Origin: Kondoa subrosea
Taxonomy: Eukaryota
Reading direction: 5' to 3'
Assembly: GCA_039545335.1 (NCBI GenBank)
Contig: BCIN01000001.1
Span: 3,351,136-3,415,135, forward strand
DNA length: 64,000 nucleotides
This document shows positions 30,539-44,807 of this stretch, one piece after another. The number at the start of each line of letters is the position of its first letter. Position 1 is the first letter of the stretch. A program made the translations under genes and the position numbers. Under the pieces are notes generated by a model, which did no database searches, had not been told where the DNA came from, and saw nothing but the letters and a program-made list of their open reading frames with translations.

Positions 30539-30700
30539 ATCTTGTATAGCGCAGATGAAGATAGGCGTCCTCTTTAGAATTGGTCAATGAGGCTTTGGGT
30601 ATGTAGTCTGCTGGTATAGACTCTGAGTGGATTGTTCTGGGGTGGGGCAAGGTCATTGCATCAGTGCAAGCATATTTCAGTTAGACTTGATCTGTACCGT
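30539..30700 (-). pseudogene. Direct repeat copy B: truncated, frameshifted duplicate of the zinc-finger gene 5' end
   Basis: ATG at 30656 reads MTLPHPRTIHSESIPADYIPKASLTNSKE versus MTLLYPRTVQSEPIPADYIPTASLTNSKE, then a 1-nt insertion and loss of homology inside the finger. Confidence 0.85.
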
Positions 30701-30878
30701 CGACTTGCCCTTGATCTTGCTTGTCATTGCACTAGAACCTACATTAGTATCTCCACTGATCACACAGTACCGGGAGAACCGTTTCTCTCGCAGTCGCTTC
30801 AACGTTGGAAAAATCTTGCTTGGTCATATATCGAGCTCCCTCTTCCAGTAACTCCAGCGGTGTACTTGAAGAAACATC

Positions 30879-32683
30879 ATGCCTAAGTCCATCTTTCGAG
30901 GACCGAATGTCAAGAAATATGAACTTCTCTATCGCTCACTTCGAGATCCCTTGATCAATGAAACTGATTCTTCCGATCGAGTACTTGCCGAAATCAGCGT
31001 CAAAGGAAAAGGAAAAGGTCGTGCTTTACCTAACGAAGACTTGGAAGAAGAAGAAGAAGGGAATGAATTGGTCGAAGCAGACGTGAAACCCAATGAAGGA
31101 CAAGCAGCTAATTACGATATTTATTACGATGATACTCAGTATGATTATATGCAACATTTAAGAGAAGTTGGTCATGGTACTGGTGGAGCTGTTCTACTTG
31201 AAGCACCTAACAACAATTCCAATAAAAAAGAAAAGAACAAAGTTGAAATCGCTTTACCTCAAGATGTTTTACCTTCTGCACCGGAAAAGGAAAGAGATTA
31301 TTCGGATCTGTTGGGTATTCCGAGAAGTAGTTGGGGTTTGCAACCTGATATGGATCCGAAATTGAGGGAAGTGTTGGAAGCGCTTGAAGATGAAGCTTTT
31401 GCTACTTTGGATGTGGAACAAAACGAAGATGATGATTTCTTTGGTTCACTGGTGCAAAACGGAGAAAGAGGCTCCGATGAGTCAGATGAAGAGTGGGAAG
31501 ATGAGTTAGAAGATGATGAAGGAGAATGGGAAAAAGAAGTCAATCAATTCAAGACTACTGCACCTGATGATTCAGATGAAGATTTTGATAGCGAAGATGG
31601 AGATACGATAGCTGAATTGAGAGCATCTTCTGCTCGAAGACCGCCTAGAACCGCTGCTGGTTCAAATTTCAGTATGAGTAGTTCAGCAATGTTCCGTAAC
31701 GAAGGATTACGGGATCTGGATGATCGCTTTGATCAAGTCAGTGAATGCTGGGGTTGTGCAATATTCTTGCTAACTCATTTCCTTCATTGACAGATCGAGA
31801 AAGAATACGCTTCGGATTCAGAAGACTCGGACGAAGACGACGGCACCTCCGTCCATCCAATGCAACAGAGAAAAGACATGCAATCTATCCTAGACGATTT
31901 CCTCGATCACTATGAAGTTCTGGGCGGGAAATACAGACCTGCTTTAGAGGGTGATTCAGGTCCAGACAAGCTTGCCACACTTAGAAAAGAGTTGACTGTC
32001 ACAAACGAGGGAGAAGATGTGGAAGCTTACAAGATGAGAATCCTTCAAAGGGCGGAAGAGATGCTTAAGGAAGATGTGAAACCTAGGAAGATTAAAGTCA
32101 TTGATGAACAGAGAGATCCGCATGCCAAAGATCGATGGGATTGCGAATCTGTGCTCAGTGAGTTCTTCAAGTCAACCTAAGAAAGCCAAACTAATTTGAA
32201 TACAATAGGTACATACAGCAATCTAGAGAATCATCCCAGAATGCTTCGATTGAGAGATATGAAGAACCCTAACCCTTCAGCTAAAGTCAAGAAGATTATT
32301 CTCGATCCGAAAACCGGTTTCCCGCATACTGAAGAATCTGTTGATGGCGAAGCGGACAAAGAGAATGTAGAAGCAGAGAGCGATACCGAATCTCTTGATA
32401 GCCAAGGTTTGTTAAAGCGGATGTTAAGAGTGTTTCTCTTACGCAACCGCTTTTATGAATAGTTCCAAGGCAAACCATCACTCGACCGAAAAAGGAAACA
32501 GCTGAAGAGAAGAAAGCTCGAAAGCAAGCGGTCAAGGAAGAAAGAGCAGCACGTCGAGTTGAGAAGAAGACCACTAAACAAACTTTCGATACTGAGAGGA
32601 AGAGGCAGAAAACTGTCATTGATCGCAGAAACCCTTCGGATGTCGCTTCCACGATGAGAGCCAAGGTCGTTAGTCTTTCGTAA
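30879..32683 (+). CDS. LTV1: 40S ribosome biogenesis factor Ltv1
   Basis: YRSLRDPL, YYDDTQYDYMQHLR, LREVLEALEDEAF, SMSSSAMFRNEGLRDLDDRFD, WDCESVLSTYSNLENHP, RPKKETAEEKKARKQAVKEE. Confidence 0.93.
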
Positions 32684-32743
32684 TCGAATAATGCAGGGTA
32701 TAATTATGCTTGTACAAGTGCTTGTATATACTTCACACATGGT

Positions 32744-35700
32744 TTAGATGCTCGCTCTCCTTATGCGATTCCTCTTCCTAACATTCTCGTTTATCTGAGA
32801 AGGTGAACCATCGACCGTACCGACTTTGGGCAGCTTATCTTCTTTGTGCCACTTCTCTAAGCTCTCCTTCGCGTAGACATAGCCAGCTTCTTGAATCTGC
32901 GTGAATTTGCCAAAGTCCATCGCTACCAATGTACCATTATCAGCTGTGCCTTAATCAGGACAAGGGTAACGCACTGCCAAATTCTGTTACTGGCATTCTC
33001 ATATATAAGACCCCAGGCGTAGTCTGAGCTTCAACCAAAGTTTTGACGCTCGACAAACTGCACAGTATGTAAGTCGTGACTCTTCAAGAGAATCCAAGGG
33101 CACGTACTAAGTTAGTCTACTTTGGATCTCGGTGATTGATGGAACTTGTCCAGCAGTAGACCAGGGATTCCATCGTTGAAACAATACCCACCAGCCAGAT
33201 ACAGAGTCGCCAAATTTGCGTGGAGAAGTGTCATCAATGCTTCCGACGTCAATAGCAAAGATGGTTGAAGCTCCCTGAGACATCATCACGGAAACAGGCA
33301 AGTTATCGAAATAGCCGCTATCACAAGCATGAGACAGAGATCGTGAAGCAGCGATCGACTCACCCATCGACTAGCGGTCAAATTGAGCTGTTATACGGAC
33401 GAAGAATGAAAATTTGGAACACTCACGCAACATATCGCCGTCGTCACACAAAGGTGGAAGTAGACCAGCCAAAGACATACTGGCACGGATGTATCGCCAT
33501 GCATAGCCAGAGGTATGCACTTCCATTCCTGCTCGACACATAAGTCAAGGACTGGCTGACAAACTCGTAGCATTGCTTACGGCTCCAAGTGATATTCGTA
33601 GTGACTGAGTCAAATTGATTAGCTAGATCAGACACTGGAACAGACGAGCTTACCAGCGAAGAAGGATAGCCATAGATCTTCAATATGTAGGTCGTAGAAA
33701 GACTTGAAAATACCACGATTGAATTCATGACCTGTCTAAACAATCAGAAAAAAGCTATGATCTAAAGACGAGTTTCCTTACCGGTAGTATATGCTACGAC
33801 AGGGTAAGTCAAGTCTGCTCATCACAGTCAGCAAGTCGATCTTTGACAAAGCCAAACAGACACACCTGTGATCATGCGCCATAGAGTGCTCATTCGACCA
33901 CTGAACCTCTTCGCTCGACCGTATGTGGTGTACAAGTCGGCATCTCTTGCATATAGTCCGCCAATAAAGGAGCCAATACTTGTCCCGCCAACCATATCGA
34001 TCGGGACTCCTTGTTCCAGCAAAGCCCGAATGGCGCCAATATGCGAGATGCCTCGAGCACCTCCACCTCCCATTACTACACCAATGGACTTTCCACAAAG
34101 CCGTCTCGCTAATCTAGCATAATCGTCCGACAAGCGATTTTGAGGCGGACTGGCAATTGGCTTCCTCGAATTCCGGGTAACATAGCGATCGATTCGGATT
34201 TGAAATTGCTCTCGCATCTTACGCAACGCCAGTACAGCAGCCGGCTCTTTGAAGCGAGGAACAGCTGAGGAATGCGGAACTCCCTCCATTTCACAATGAT
34301 GATGAGCATGAATCCATGGCCGAGCTTGAAGGAAAGGTCTAGTCGTTCCAGGTACAACGAAGCGTTCAGGATGAAGTAGCACAAGTTCTTTCCTAGCGGT
34401 TGTTTTCATGCCGACCAACAGCCTCTCATACTCTCCGATCTGCGGATCTCCGCCTCCATGAGCCACCAGCAAGATACAATCGGCTCTTCTGATACATGTT
34501 TGTGTCCAAGGTGAGCTGACGCTTGTATCGGCGACAAAAAGAACAATGCGATACTTCTGTTCGGTTTCGGCTAGCCAACCAGCCAATTTGAGCTTGCCCA
34601 TTCTAGTGAAGGCGTGTCTCCCCATGATCTGAACAACGCTAGCTTGGTTGAGATAAGCAGCAGGAGCGCCATTATCTTCCAGCGCAGAACGAAGGCGATG
34701 AGCGAATTCTGAAACCGGAACATTAGCTGATACGGGCAGAATGGCAACAGTCTGTCGTAGATATTAGAACAGGTCGTCTCATGTAGGCGCACAACTTACC
34801 TTCAAGTTGAAATTCGTGCGACTTGCATCCATTGCGGCTAAAGTCGAGTTTCCGCTGGCTTTGGCTTTATTATCCACCTCGGTTCGGACTCTTGAAGCAA
34901 TAATACGAGTCATTTGAACAGTGATCGACGGATGTCGAGTAGCTAGCGCATTGAAAAGCTGGGCAGGCATTCTGACCAATTCCGTGTCTCGAATAGCATG
35001 AAGCGTCGCTGAACGAGGGGTTGCAGTGATGCAATCCAGTTCACCAACACTTTCTCCTTGACCGTATTCGCCTTTGATCTCGAGACCACCACTTTGCTTT
35101 TCGGAAATTGCTCGCAATCGCCCTTGAAGACACATATAGAAGGAATTCGATTTCTCTCCCTCACGGTAGATCACTTGGCCAGCATTGACTTGCATCCATT
35201 CCAGCGCCAGATCGATATGCAGTACTACCGCCGAGCATGAGTGAGAGAGACTACCGCTAGAAAACGTTGCGACGCACACAAGGGAGAAATCAAGCTTATC
35301 AAGCGCTTAGCTAATGTGAGTAGTACGATAGGTCTTCGATCTACAATGTTCTCCAAAGCCTTTGCGGGCAAGAAGCCAACATAGACATCGGTTTTGGCAG
35401 TAATTTCGACGTATGATGGATAGCCAGTCAGTGATGATAAATAGCCAGCAATACCTCCAGGTTTGACAGAAAAGAGAAGTGTGGGGTTGCTTGATTTATC
35501 CTCTGTGCTTATTTTGGCAGAGCGACCAGTGGTCCGAGCTGGTCTTGCGTCAGTGAAACTTTGCTGCGAAGGATAGGACGGTTGAGAAGATGCAGAGGCA
35601 TTCATGATGTCGTCATTGGTCTTGGAAACATCTAAGAAACCATCAATCACATAGAACATGCCAGCTCTGCTCTGCCCTTCTTTCACCAAAGTACTGCCTT

Positions 35701-37926
35701 GAGCAAAGTAAAGAATTTCAACTTGATTCTCCAAATCTGCCATGGAAGCCGAAGTCATAGAAGAAGCTGTCATACTCGATTCATCGTCCTTGTTCTGAGT
35801 ACCAAGGAAAGAAAGGGAACCAAAAGAAGAATTGAACATTGCTCTTTGCAGATTCCCGTCTGTAGCACTCATATGCGGTGATGCTGTAGCTGAAGGAGGT
35901 GCGCTTGCAGCTGATTGTAGAAGACCAATGGATTTCGAGATACAGTCCATGACAGCATCTCGCAGATCGAAATCGTGGGAGTTGACGAAACTGAAAGAAC
36001 GCATGTGAACCTTCTGCGCAGTTGAGGTTGAAGACTCTGCTCGAGGTCGTGGAGTAGGTAAAGCACTATGAGGAGATAGAGGAGAGCTCTCTGGTGAGCT
36101 ATGAAGTTCAGTCATGCTCAGAATATCGCCAGGCACGCTGCGCAAATTCGTCGAAGACAGATTGGTCCGCATTCTCAGCTTGATACCATCTTTTGGTCTC
36201 AGTGGGGTTTTTGCTTCGTTCCTGCTAGGTTGGCGGGCATTCATTTTAGGTGAGAATTCAAGATTGAAGTAATCTGATTCGTCAGGCGAGTCGACCATAC
36301 GTGTATCCGGCACAAAGCGTTGTCGTAGTCGCTGCATACCACCAGAGAGATAAAATTCAGGTGGTAGAGAATAGCACGCCAATTCATTGATCGCTTTCTC
36401 CGTTTGAACGATTTCCTTTGTCAATCCAAGATATTTGTGTGCGGTCAGAAGAGTGACTCTCGAAAGTCGAGTGAGAATGACTTGGACGATATGAGCTGCT
36501 GCATTTGGGAACTTCTTGGTCAAGCGTCGGAAAGCTTCAGCAGGAATGACAGCTAGAGTACAGTCGACGGTTGCTCGAGCGATGATATGATCACTGTTCG
36601 GCCCAAGCGGTACTTTGTTACGAGATCTTCTCATCGGGGAGGGACCATCGTCAAGAGCTGAGGCTGAACTTGGCAGATCGTTCAGATCTAGGTCGACTCC
36701 GTCAGGAGAATGATCCGCTCTGAATCCGCCAGGGAAGGTTTCTGCTTCCTCGTCCGCTTGTACGGTAGATGAGCTTGAAACTTCGGAGGAAGATGAAGAG
36801 TTTCGTCTTCTGCTCATGTCCAGACGACTTCTTCGCACCGGCGATGCATGAGCTAAAGGTGATTTTGGCACTTTGCGACGTCGATCTTTGAAACCTTCCC
36901 CAAGCTGAAAGTTGCTCACATCATTGTCTGGATCTCTTGAGCGAAGGGCTTCAGCGCTTAAACGATACTGTTCCTCCGCGCTCGGCGTTGCAGTTCCGCC
37001 ATCTTCATAGCGCAATTTGATATCTTCCGTGAAGAGTCTTAAGATGGTAAAGAGACTACTGAGAGTCCCGCCGCTTTGGACTTCATTCAGTAGTTGAAGA
37101 TTATCGCCTTCCTCGCCGTCATACGAGTCCTGGACAGTAGAGTCTACCCCTATTGATAAGTATTGCGGCAGGAACAGCGTGATATCTCACTTTTATGCTG
37201 AACAAAGACTTGCACAGATCCCTAACATCTCGATATCAACCTTGGCCAGATAGCAGTATCTGGAGACTAACATCGACTACAATATAGAAAGACGGATCCG
37301 AGTCAAGTGAAAGAGTGTCTCCAGCTACTAATCGCTTGGTTTGCAGATATCGAGCCAATTCATGAAAGACAGGTTTCTCGAGATATCCGAAGACCTTGAT
37401 AGCGGACACTGTAGACCCATTAGACTGCTCTAGCAATGACTTGCTATCGAATGAAGACCTACGAAACTCGTCCAGATAATTGCTGAAGCCTGCACCTTGA
37501 GCTTCTTCAGTCGCTACATCTGGATGCAGATCAAACTTCTCGTCTTTCGCCAATGGTAGATCTTTGAGCTTAGTGTATCTGTTCAAGTACTTGACTTTGA
37601 CCAGTGTTGAGATTCCAAATGCGAGCAGGAGAAACAGGACAATGAGCTTCTGAAAGTCTGAAAGCGATGGATCAGAGTGATTTTAGCTATATCAAAGAAA
37701 AAGGACGAACTGAATTGAAGAGTGATTACGCCAGAATAGGAAAGAATAGCTAGAGCAAGACGAGGAACTAGACATCTCCGTCAGATAATTACATTGGCAC
37801 AATTAAGGCTCGCTAACTATCATAGGTGACCAGCTTCAATAGGAACACAATAACTCGAGAGATAGTAGCTATTATGAGCCAGGAAGAGCTGGTGCTCTTC
37901 GTGACAGTAGCTTGGATGGAATCCAT
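32744..37926 (-). CDS. NTE1: Lysophospholipase NTE1 (cNMP-binding domains plus patatin domain)
   Basis: N-terminal TM segment, cyclic-nucleotide-binding repeats ([10 protein letters not shown]), patatin GGGGARG and GGTSIG motifs, DGG-YFDNLP split by an intron. Confidence 0.95.
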
Positions 37927-38385
37927 TGTTTCTGGGAATCTCGCCAAGAGTCGTGAATTTGCGCAGCTAGCAGTGCAAGGCCATCTCCTAGTAGGTCGGT
38001 GGTATCTCTGTCACGGATATACAGCTACTTCTGAGCTTGTTTGCAGAAAACCATTCTTCGTCAGGTTGCACCGGAACGATCAACCCCAGTACAATACACC
38101 TCGCTTGCTCATGTTGCGCTACTCTGAGATGCTGCTCAGTACCTGCACCTTTGGTAAACACATTGAGTAATTTAATGAAGGTCCACGAAACATTTCGCCC
38201 GCAAAAATGATCGACCTCGACTCCCGTTTCTGTAATGTCCTTAGGCTGCATGAAACGCCTCTGCAAGTCCACGCTTAATACAGTGTAGTACCTGATTCTG
38301 AGAGAGCCGGCCATTCGCCATTCCGAATGCCGCATAAGCTGTAACTTCTCCGCTCTTCCCTCTCTCTCTTTCTTGCACTTTCATC

Positions 38386-39136
38386 ATGTCTGCCAAAACT
38401 CTTGTTGTTCTCGGTTCTGGTCCAGGAATAGGAATTGCGGTAGCTTGTCGATTTGCTGCTCGTGAATTCAACGTTGCATTGGTGTCCCGCAATCCAGAAC
38501 GATTGAAAGAGGATGAACGTAAAGTGCTTGATGTCTTCAAAGAGCGAGGCACTTCGGGTCAAGTCAGGACTTGGACCTGTGATTTATCGGATTTGAATGC
38601 TTTGGACAAAACGCTAGCGGAGATTGAGGGATTTGGAGAGATTGAGATTGTCTTGTTCAATGCAGCAAGGGTAGCTGGGTATCCCCCTTTGCAAGAGAGC
38701 GTAGAAGCCATTGAAGCTGACTTCAAGGTGAGGAGGATTTGCTTAGTCATCAGCGTGAACTTTAAAGCTAACTGTGTTCTTTCAGCTAACCAATCTTGCA
38801 CTGTACAAAGTCGCTCTTTGGGCTATGCCGAAATTGCAAAAGCTCACAGGTCAAGAGCGACTACCTTCACTCTTTGTCACTAGCACTACGCAACTCTGGA
38901 GAGAACCATATTACGATCTCGTTTCTTTGTCCATGGTCAAGAGTGCTCAGCGCGCGCTCGTTCTCTCTTTGCACAACAAATATGGCAAGGACGTTCATGT
39001 TGCTCTTTTGAGCATTGGTGGCAGAGTTAACCCTGAAGCAAAGAACTTGAGTCCTGCAAACATTGCAGATCGCTGTTGGACTTTGTACAAACAGCCTAGG
39101 GATCAATGGCAAAGGGAAGAAGAGATCGACGAGTAG
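38386..39136 (+). CDS. Short-chain dehydrogenase/reductase (2 exons)
   Basis: Rossmann motif VVLGSGPGIGIAVA, CDLSD, VLFNAA; active site atypical (LSMVK in place of YxxxK). Confidence 0.85.
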
Positions 39137-39409
39137 ATTGCTCGACAGATCGCATATCTATTGTATTATAGTTTCAGTGTGTTAACAAGGCAATGAGATT
39201 CTCGAGTAGCTTCAAAGTTTGACAGAGAAGTGCTCTGAAGGGGCTAATAAAACGATCTACATAAATAAGAAAGAGATGAGAACATATACAAGATATCAAT
39301 CATGCACAGCATCTTGAAAGCCCAATAACCTTATCGAATGACAAATGCGAAGTCTTGTGGATGACCTTGGTATATTTATGTGTTAGTAGGTGTAGGTAGT
39401 ATTCGATGC

Positions 39410-41569
<2,160 letters not shown>

Positions 41570-42144
41570 TGTAGAATCTCTGTAGACACCCTCTCACGTT
41601 TAATCACGGACAAGGTGAAAAGAGAGCAATGACCTACCAGTGTTTGGTGTCGACTTGGAAACAGAGTGAAGCCAATGACCAATCCAAATCAAGGTAATCG
41701 TGAGAAAACTCCTAGGTAGACTGTACTAGGCCAAGGATGACAGCAACCTGAGATCTTGAAGTTAGGAGATCCGTGCCAAAGGAGAAGTGTTTTGCGTTTG
41801 AGCTCGCGTGCACTTGAAAGAATGAGCCTCAGGTAAGGGTTTTGATCGATTGGATCTGGCAGGTAGCTGTTGGAGTGCCTTGAGATGAGCAAGTCCGCCG
41901 ACAGTAGGTGTTCCAAGGAGAAAAGCAGAGGGCCAGAACCACTTTACTTCTTGCTGATGTGAGCAATCACCAAGGGTATCAAGGAGCTATGGCAGCAAAT
42001 AGCTCAGGAGTCTTCGCTATAGGCCTTAGAGAAGAGAGGAAGCTTCATCAAGCGGTATCTGTGAAATGTCTGTATTTCACTCAACATCCACTTCTCGAGA
42101 TTCAAGAGAGATAATGAAGCTGTCCTAGACCACGAGTCGCAGAA

Positions 42145-44597
42145 ATGGTAAGTCTGAGCTCTGTGTAATGAGAACAGGCGCTCAAAAGAACGCGAAAACA
42201 GGGCATTCCTACTGTAACTATCCTCCATATTCCTTCGGAAAACTACACCTGCTGAAGCAGACGCATGACAGCTCTGGCCTCACTTGTACGAAACATGCGA
42301 GCGTAGTAGGTTTGCATACTTTTAATCCATATTATCGCGCTCACATTGTTTGGCAGCAACGAGGGATCAGCTGGCCATCAAACATTTCGCAAAGAAGAAT
42401 TCAGATAGAACACTTCGATTAGGCGTAGACGCGCCCATGTGGTTCGCTCATGCCAATACTATTCCTCATACAGGTGGAGCAAACCCTGTATTGAGAGTAT
42501 TGTATGATCGATTATCGCTTTATTTCTCTCATGGTTTCTCATTGCTCTTTGTGTTTGATGGGAAATATAAGCCGGCTTTCAAGAGAGGTCATCATGTTGG
42601 TGCAGGTCGCGTAGCACATAAGAATGGAGTAAGATTTCCCTATTCGAGCGGAAAGACAGAGAATCTGATGAAGGGAAATTAATTAGTTCATTGAAGCTAT
42701 TGAAGCTTTTGGATTTCAATGGATCGACGCACCAGGAGAAGCAGAAGCAGAACTCGCTCATCTATCACTAACCAACCAGATCGATTACGTTTTATCAGAT
42801 GATATCGATACCCTCTTATTCGGTTGCAAAAGAATCATGAGAAATCCAAGCAAGAACTTATCTGGTAACGAAGCTATATCGAAAAGACATACAGCTTCTC
42901 AAGAAGTTCAAGAGAAAGTCAAGATGAGCGCGAAAGCTGTTGAAGCTCAAATTGTTATTTTCGATTCTGCAGCAATTGGAGAACAGTTGAACTTGACAAG
43001 AGGCGGATTGATTCTCATCGGCTTGATGAGCGGTGGAGATTATGACAGTAAGGTTGACTCAGTCTGTTGTTACCCTTGAGCTCATTCTCTTACAGCTAGC
43101 GGACTAAAAGGCTGCGGCACGGTCATATCAATAGCTCTCGCTAAAGCAGGCTTCGGTGATCAATTACTAGCAATATACAACGAACGGAAATCCGAAGCTT
43201 CCTTCAAATTAGCAGTAGCTGATTGGCGAGAAGAAGTCAAGAATGAATTGCGAACCAATTCTCGTGGTCATTTGCCATCAAGAAGGAAAGCTTTAGCAGA
43301 CGATATTCCAACATCTTTTCCTGATCTAGCACTACTCGCTTCTTATGCTGATCCGGCTACTACTCGATCTCATCCACATCTGGCCCGAACATTCGATTGG
43401 CAATTAGAACCTTCGCCCAAAGATATCGTTTCCTTTCTACAAAATCACCTCGAACTCACTTACAATGACATTTACAAGAAACTTCCTGTACTCTATCGAG
43501 GTTGTTTCTTCTATATCGCAAGACAAACGTTACTTCGATCCGATGGCTTAGATTCAGCTTTACCTAAAATCGCTCGGATTCCCTTTGTACACGAAAAGAA
43601 AGAAAAGGCACTGTTCGAATCTATTTGCAGTCGACGGACTTCTGATAACACTGGTGGAATCTACGAATACCGAATTAATATCAACCCATTACCTTTTTAC
43701 AAGAAGTTGGAATCTTGTTTCGAAGGAGAAGACGTCAATATTGGGAAAGCTGAAATTCGAAAACAAGAAGAAAAAGAAGCAGAAAGGTTCGCTCAAAGTC
43801 AAGCTGGAACCCAAGCCTTGGTAGATGAAGATGAAAAAGAAAGACAATCTAGGATAGTGGAGCCTGAAGCTAGTTATAGGGAATGGATACCTGCCGCATT
43901 GGTGAAAATTGTTGCTGGTGATATGAAGGAAGAGTATGAGAAGTTGGTACATGAAAAAGAATTGGAGAAAGCTGAAGCATTGAAAAGAAAAGAAGCTAGA
44001 GCTAGAGGCGAAAAAGTACCTCGCAAGAGTCCAGTCAAGAGAAAGTCGAAGTCCAAGACTATTGAAGTGGAATCCAGTCCTCCTGAAGCAACTACAACGG
44101 AAAAGAAGAGTAGAGCAAAAGCAAGTCCGAAAATTACACGATCACCATTGGAATTGTGGGAAGAGCAAGAGAAGATGTTTGCTGCTTGTGTTCCTTCTAC
44201 TTCTGCTTCCAAAACAATAGTCAGAGCTACAAGTCTTTCTGATTCAGACCTCGAGCTTATTGAAAGGAAGTCTCCACCTAAGTCACCAAAGAAAGACAGG
44301 AAACAACTTACAGCTCGAAAACCTGCTTATCAAGAACTTTCAGATGATGATGACGACTTGCCTGATCTAACATCACTTCCACCTGCAAGTCATAAACCAA
44401 TACAGAGAACTCTGAGCGGGAAGATTGCCAAAACATCAAGTGCGCCTAAACCTAAGCGACCTTCGCCTCAACCTGTTTCGTCTTCGCAGCCTGCTGTGAT
44501 CGGCTTCAAGTCAGGCAAAACTGCAGCATCGACAAAGCAGAAGACTGCTGTTCCGCCCAAGAAGAACGTGATCGTCATTGATCTTGATTCTGATTGA
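42145..44597 (+). CDS. GEN1: XPG/Rad2-family structure-specific nuclease, GEN1/Yen1-like
   Basis: Spliced M|GIPT|LWP, LGVDAPMW, FVFDGKYKPAFKRG, APGEAEAELA, SDDIDTLLFG, GGDYD...GLKGCG; long disordered basic tail. Confidence 0.8.
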
Positions 44598-44807
44598 AAA
44601 GTTCCGATTCGACGGACATTCGTTTAGTTCTATTGTACAATGATTATTTGCTTGCTTGTGCTGTACATTGATTGTATCTCGAGTCGATTACACGTCAGCC
44701 TTACCCCACATTTCCAAATCTGCAATTCCTCTTCTTGATCTCAAACCATTTCCAAGTGCTCCTTCATTAGCCTTGGTCTAGAAAAACCGTATAAACACAA
44801 TCCTCAA

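Noticed and set aside
37826..38562. Several 95-115-aa ORFs between NTE1 and the SDR gene
   Set aside because: They overlap the divergent promoter or run antisense to real genes, and show no protein-like motifs.
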